Assembly: GCA_963741955.1 (NCBI GenBank)
Contig: CAVUKB010000007.1
Span: 416,001-480,000 of the forward strand
Direction: 5' to 3'
From: an uncultured Acidobacteriota bacterium
GTDB taxonomy: Bacteria; Acidobacteriota; Thermoanaerobaculia; Gp7-AA8
DNA: 64,000 bases
In this document: positions 60,675 to 64,000 of the stretch, piece after piece
Position numbering within the stretch: position 1 is the first letter of the stretch
How the letters are laid out: each line of letters starts with the position of its first letter
Translations under genes and position numbers: made by a program
The notes under the pieces: model-generated
What the model was told of the DNA's origin: nothing
The model's input: the letters and a program-made list of their open reading frames with translations, nothing else
The model's database searches: none

Positions 60675-61352
60675 TCAGAGTCCCAGCAGTTCCTCGAGGG
60701 TGAAGAAGCCGCGCCGGCCCACCAGCCGTTCCGCGGCAACCACGGCGCCTCGTGCAAAGCCGGTGCGTCCGCGAGCCCGGTGTGTGATTTCTATCAGATC
60801 GTCGGCGGAATCGAAAAAGAGGGTGTGCAGGCCGAATTCGTTTCCGACCCGCGAGGAGGCGATCGGAGGTGCGAAGGCGCTGCCGCTCCCCATGGTGACC
60901 TCCTGCGCGATCCGCTTCGCGGTGCCGCTCGGCGCATCCTGCTTCTGCGCATGGTGGCGCTCCTCGATCCCGGCCGCATAGCCTTCGAACCGGGAGAGGA
61001 TTACTGCGGCGTGGCGGGCGAGCGCGAAGACCGCGAGCGCACCGAGTGAAAAGTTCGCGGAGTGGACGACCCCGATGCTCTTCTCCAGGCAGAGACGGCG
61101 AACCTCTTCCAGTTCTCCGTCCCAGCCGGTGGTACCGACGACGAGGTTCACTCCCGCGATGCACGCGGTTTCGGCGACCGCGTTGATCGCGTTCGCATGC
61201 GAGAAGTCGATGATCACATCGGCGTCGCCGAGCGCGTTGGGGTCGGGGGGGTGGGTCTGATGGAACTTTGCTACGATCGAGTGTCCCCGCTCTCCTGCCA
61301 CCGCTTCGATCGCCTTTCCCATCCTGCCGTATCCGTTCAGCGCGATCTTCAT
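60675..61352 (-). CDS. dapB: 4-hydroxy-tetrahydrodipicolinate reductase
   Basis: GYGRMG, GTTGW, ERHHAQKQDAPSGTA, GFARGA. Confidence 0.95.
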   Translation of the reverse strand: MKIALNGYGRMGKAIEAVAGERGHSIVAKFHQTHPPDPNALGDADVIIDFSHANAINAVAETACIAGVNLVVGTTGWDGELEEVRRLCLEKSIGVVHSANFSLGALAVFALARHAAVILSRFEGYAAGIEERHHAQKQDAPSGTAKRIAQEVTMGSGSAFAPPIASSRVGNEFGLHTLFFDSADDLIEITHRARGRTGFARGAVVAAERLVGRRGFFTLEELLGL

Positions 61353-62725
61353 ACCGCCTCCAGCACCGGCGCTTCGAAGAGCGCCCGGTGGACTTGATGC
61401 ATCGCGCGGTCCGCATCGCTCTCCGGAAGAACGATGCTGAGATTGAGCCCCGAGCTGCCGAGCGAGATCATCTTCAGGTGAGCGCCTGCCAGGGCGCGGA
61501 GAGCGGTCGGAAGCGTGACACCGTCCGTCACAAGATCCCGGCCGACGATCGCGAGGATGGTCTGGTCTTCTTCGATTCGAAGCCGGGCGAATTCCTCCAG
61601 GGCACGAACCAGCTCTTCAATCCGCTCGCCGCGGTCGATCGTCAGAGAGACTGAAACCTCGGAAGTGGTGATCAGGTCGACCGGAACCTGCCACTGCTCG
61701 AAGACCCGAAAGATCCGGGCGAGGAAACCGTGCGCGCCGAGCATCCTGCTCGAGGTCAGCTCGACGACGGTGATCCCCTTCTTCATTGCGATGGCGCGGG
61801 CGCCGCGGTGCTCCTGGTCGCCCTCCCACGTGATCAGCGTTCCGGGGCTGGAAGGGTTGTGGGTATTCAGCACCCGGATCGGAATCTTCCGCTCGACCGC
61901 CGGCGCGATGGTTTTCGGATGGAGAACCTTCGCACCGAAATACGCGAGCTCGGCGGCCTCGACGTAGGAGATCCGGTCGATGATCTTTGCGGCCGGAATC
62001 ACCCGTGGATCCGCAGTCATCATGCCGTCGACGTCGGTCCAGATCTGAATCTCGTCCGCGCCGGTCGCCGCCCCGACGATCGCAGCGCTGTAATCGCTTC
62101 CGCCGCGGCCGAGGGTCGTGGTCGCACCGCGGACGGACCGCCCGATGAAACCTCCCATCACCGGGATGTGCTTCCGCTGCACCTCGGAGAGAAGGCTCTG
62201 CTGCGCCGCGGCGGTGGTTTCGGCCATCAGGGGCTCGGCGTCTCCGAAGCGCTCGTCCGTGACTACGACCTCCTCCGAGTCGACGTGAATGCCGGCCAGG
62301 GTCCTGAGGCGCATGGTGTAGGAAAAGAGAACGGACGAAAGCTTCTCGCCGATGGCGACGATCTTGTCGTTCGCGCGCGGGGTCACTTCTCCGACCAGCG
62401 CGATGCCGCGGAGAATGTCGAGGATCTGGTCGGTGTGACGGCGGATCTGCGCGCGGAACGATTCCAGATAATCCGATTTCTGACCGATGAGCTCGAGTCC
62501 GATGTTCTCGTGCCGGTCGCGGACGGCTTCGACCAGCGCCGGCAGCTCGTCCACCCGTCCCGCTGCGGCAACGCGGGTCGCTTCCACCAGGTGATTGGTG
62601 ATGCCGGCGAGAGCGGAAACGATGACGATCGGGTCGCGATCACGTGCGGCCGCGACGATGTCGATCGCCTGCCGCATGTGGAGCGCATCGCCGACGGACG
62701 TGCCTCCGAATTTGATCACGATCAT
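61349..62725 (-). CDS. lysC: Aspartate kinase (lysine-sensitive type)
   Basis: KFGGTSVG, TTLGRGGSDY, WTDVDG, FGAKVLHP, ACT domains. Confidence 0.96.
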   Translation of the reverse strand: MIVIKFGGTSVGDALHMRQAIDIVAAARDRDPIVIVSALAGITNHLVEATRVAAAGRVDELPALVEAVRDRHENIGLELIGQKSDYLESFRAQIRRHTDQILDILRGIALVGEVTPRANDKIVAIGEKLSSVLFSYTMRLRTLAGIHVDSEEVVVTDERFGDAEPLMAETTAAAQQSLLSEVQRKHIPVMGGFIGRSVRGATTTLGRGGSDYSAAIVGAATGADEIQIWTDVDGMMTADPRVIPAAKIIDRISYVEAAELAYFGAKVLHPKTIAPAVERKIPIRVLNTHNPSSPGTLITWEGDQEHRGARAIAMKKGITVVELTSSRMLGAHGFLARIFRVFEQWQVPVDLITTSEVSVSLTIDRGERIEELVRALEEFARLRIEEDQTILAIVGRDLVTDGVTLPTALRALAGAHLKMISLGSSGLNLSIVLPESDADRAMHQVHRALFEAPVLEAV

Positions 62726-62920
62726 GGGGCGGTATCCTCGCACGTGTGGCCGGCGCTGAAAAGCGCGACCGTTCAAGAGCTCGTTTGCAGATTCCGGGCC
62801 GCGGCGAGAGAGCTTCGCGTCCGGAACTGCCGGGCGAGCCCGCGTTTCCCACACCATCTCTGCTGCGGAGCCGGATCATGGTCGCCCTTGCGCTGCGAGG
62901 GCCGACTTGCGTGCGCGAGC

Positions 62921-64000
62921 TTACGGCAGCATGCCGCGGGCCTGCAGGAGCTCCGCGTTGAGAATCGCCGCGCCGGCGGCGCCACGGATGGTGTTGTGCA
63001 CCAGCGCCACCATTCTCGCGTCGAGGATCGGGCAGGGACGAAGTCTCCCGATCGAGACCGCCATCCCCTTTTCCCGGTCGCGGTCGAGGCGCGGCTGGGG
63101 CCGGTCCTCGTCCGTCAGATAGTGGATCGGATGCTCCGGGGCGGAAGGAAGCCCGAGGCGCTGCGGCTCCCCGGCGAACGACTCGATCGCGAGGCGCACG
63201 TCTTCGAGGAGCTTTTCGAGCCGGAAGGTGCGGAGCAGATCTTCCCGATTGCGGAACGCGAACGAGATGCAGATCAGATGACCGTCGATCACCGGGACGC
63301 GGTTGGTCTGGGCGGAAATGGTCATCTCCGCGTCGAAGAAGCGGCCGGTCGCCCAGCGGCCGAGGATTTTCCGCGGCTCTGTCTCGACCTTGTCCTCCTC
63401 GCCGGAGATGGAGGGGATCACGTTGTCGAGGATCGCATACGACGCGACGCCCGAGTACCCCGCGCCGGAGATCGCCTGCATCGTCGTCGCGTGAAGCAGC
63501 GAGATCCCGTGCTGCCGCTCGATCGGTGCGATGGCGAGAGCCAGGCCGACCGTCGAACAGTTCGGATTGGTCACGATGTAGCCCTGACCCCCGCGGCGCT
63601 TCTTCTGCACCTCGATCGCGTCGAGATGCTCCGGATTGATCTCCGGGATGAGGAGCGGGACGTCCGGATCCATCCGGTGATTCTTCGAATTGGAGACGAC
63701 CGCACATCCGCGGCCGGCGTAGAGATCCTCCGCTTCACCGGCGACCGACGAATCGAGAGCCGAGAAGACGAGTGTCGATTCGAGCTCCGCTCCGAGTGGC
63801 ATGACCCGCAAGGCCGCGGCCGATTCAGGCAACGGCGTGTCGAGACGCCACGACGCGGCGTCGCCGTATTCGCGCTCGGCGCTCCTTTCGGAAGCGACCA
63901 GCTCGTGAATCCGGAACCAGGGGTGCTTCTCCAGCAGCTGGATGAATCGCTGTCCGACCGATCCGGTCGCGCCGAGAACGGCGACCGGGATCCGTCCCGC
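62921..64000 (-). CDS. asd: Aspartate-semialdehyde dehydrogenase (5' end outside the window)
   Basis: VLGATGSVGQRF, NPNCST, QAISGAG, HNTIRGAAG. Confidence 0.96.
   Translation of the reverse strand, partial: AGRIPVAVLGATGSVGQRFIQLLEKHPWFRIHELVASERSAEREYGDAASWRLDTPLPESAAALRVMPLGAELESTLVFSALDSSVAGEAEDLYAGRGCAVVSNSKNHRMDPDVPLLIPEINPEHLDAIEVQKKRRGGQGYIVTNPNCSTVGLALAIAPIERQHGISLLHATTMQAISGAGYSGVASYAILDNVIPSISGEEDKVETEPRKILGRWATGRFFDAEMTISAQTNRVPVIDGHLICISFAFRNREDLLRTFRLEKLLEDVRLAIESFAGEPQRLGLPSAPEHPIHYLTDEDRPQPRLDRDREKGMAVSIGRLRPCPILDARMVALVHNTIRGAAGAAILNAELLQARGMLP

Overview
High-GC bacterial chromosome segment; the gene content suggests Acidobacteriota (Thermoanaerobaculia-like), which is inference only. 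Left arm (1-22 kb), housekeeping: a Fur-feoB-Cys-rich-DtxR/FeoA-apbE-porin iron operon with a palindromic operator, a bshA-bshB1-bshC + methyltransferase (bacillithiol) cluster with an MglA GTPase, eda, galU, maf, mlaD, ddl and an M1 peptidase. Middle (about 22-48 kb), a decaying accessory island: a PLD-helicase truncated by a Vsr/C5-MTase/HNH restriction-modification cassette, a frameshifted RAYT (Y1) transposase with co-oriented end repeats and a miniature derivative, a decayed DDE IS, a GGDEF sensor, and four toxin-antitoxin modules (HicAB, MNT-HEPN, BrnT-HTH, Xre-RES) separated by several REP-like repeat families. Right arm: M20 peptidase, DUF1003, a PafA/Dop-like ligase clustered with M15 and serine peptidases, and the lysine (asd-lysC-dapB-dapA-dapD-aminotransferase) operon. 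Best candidates for new biology: (i) a RAYT/REP-delimited cassette array rich in TA genes, (ii) an orphan Pup-ligase-like enzyme with cytoplasmic DD-peptidase-like partners, (iii) heptamer-filled foldback elements fused to gene ends, (iv) apparent inactivation of a 5mC-dependent nuclease by an incoming 5mC R-M cassette. All family calls come from motif recognition by eye; no database searches were run.
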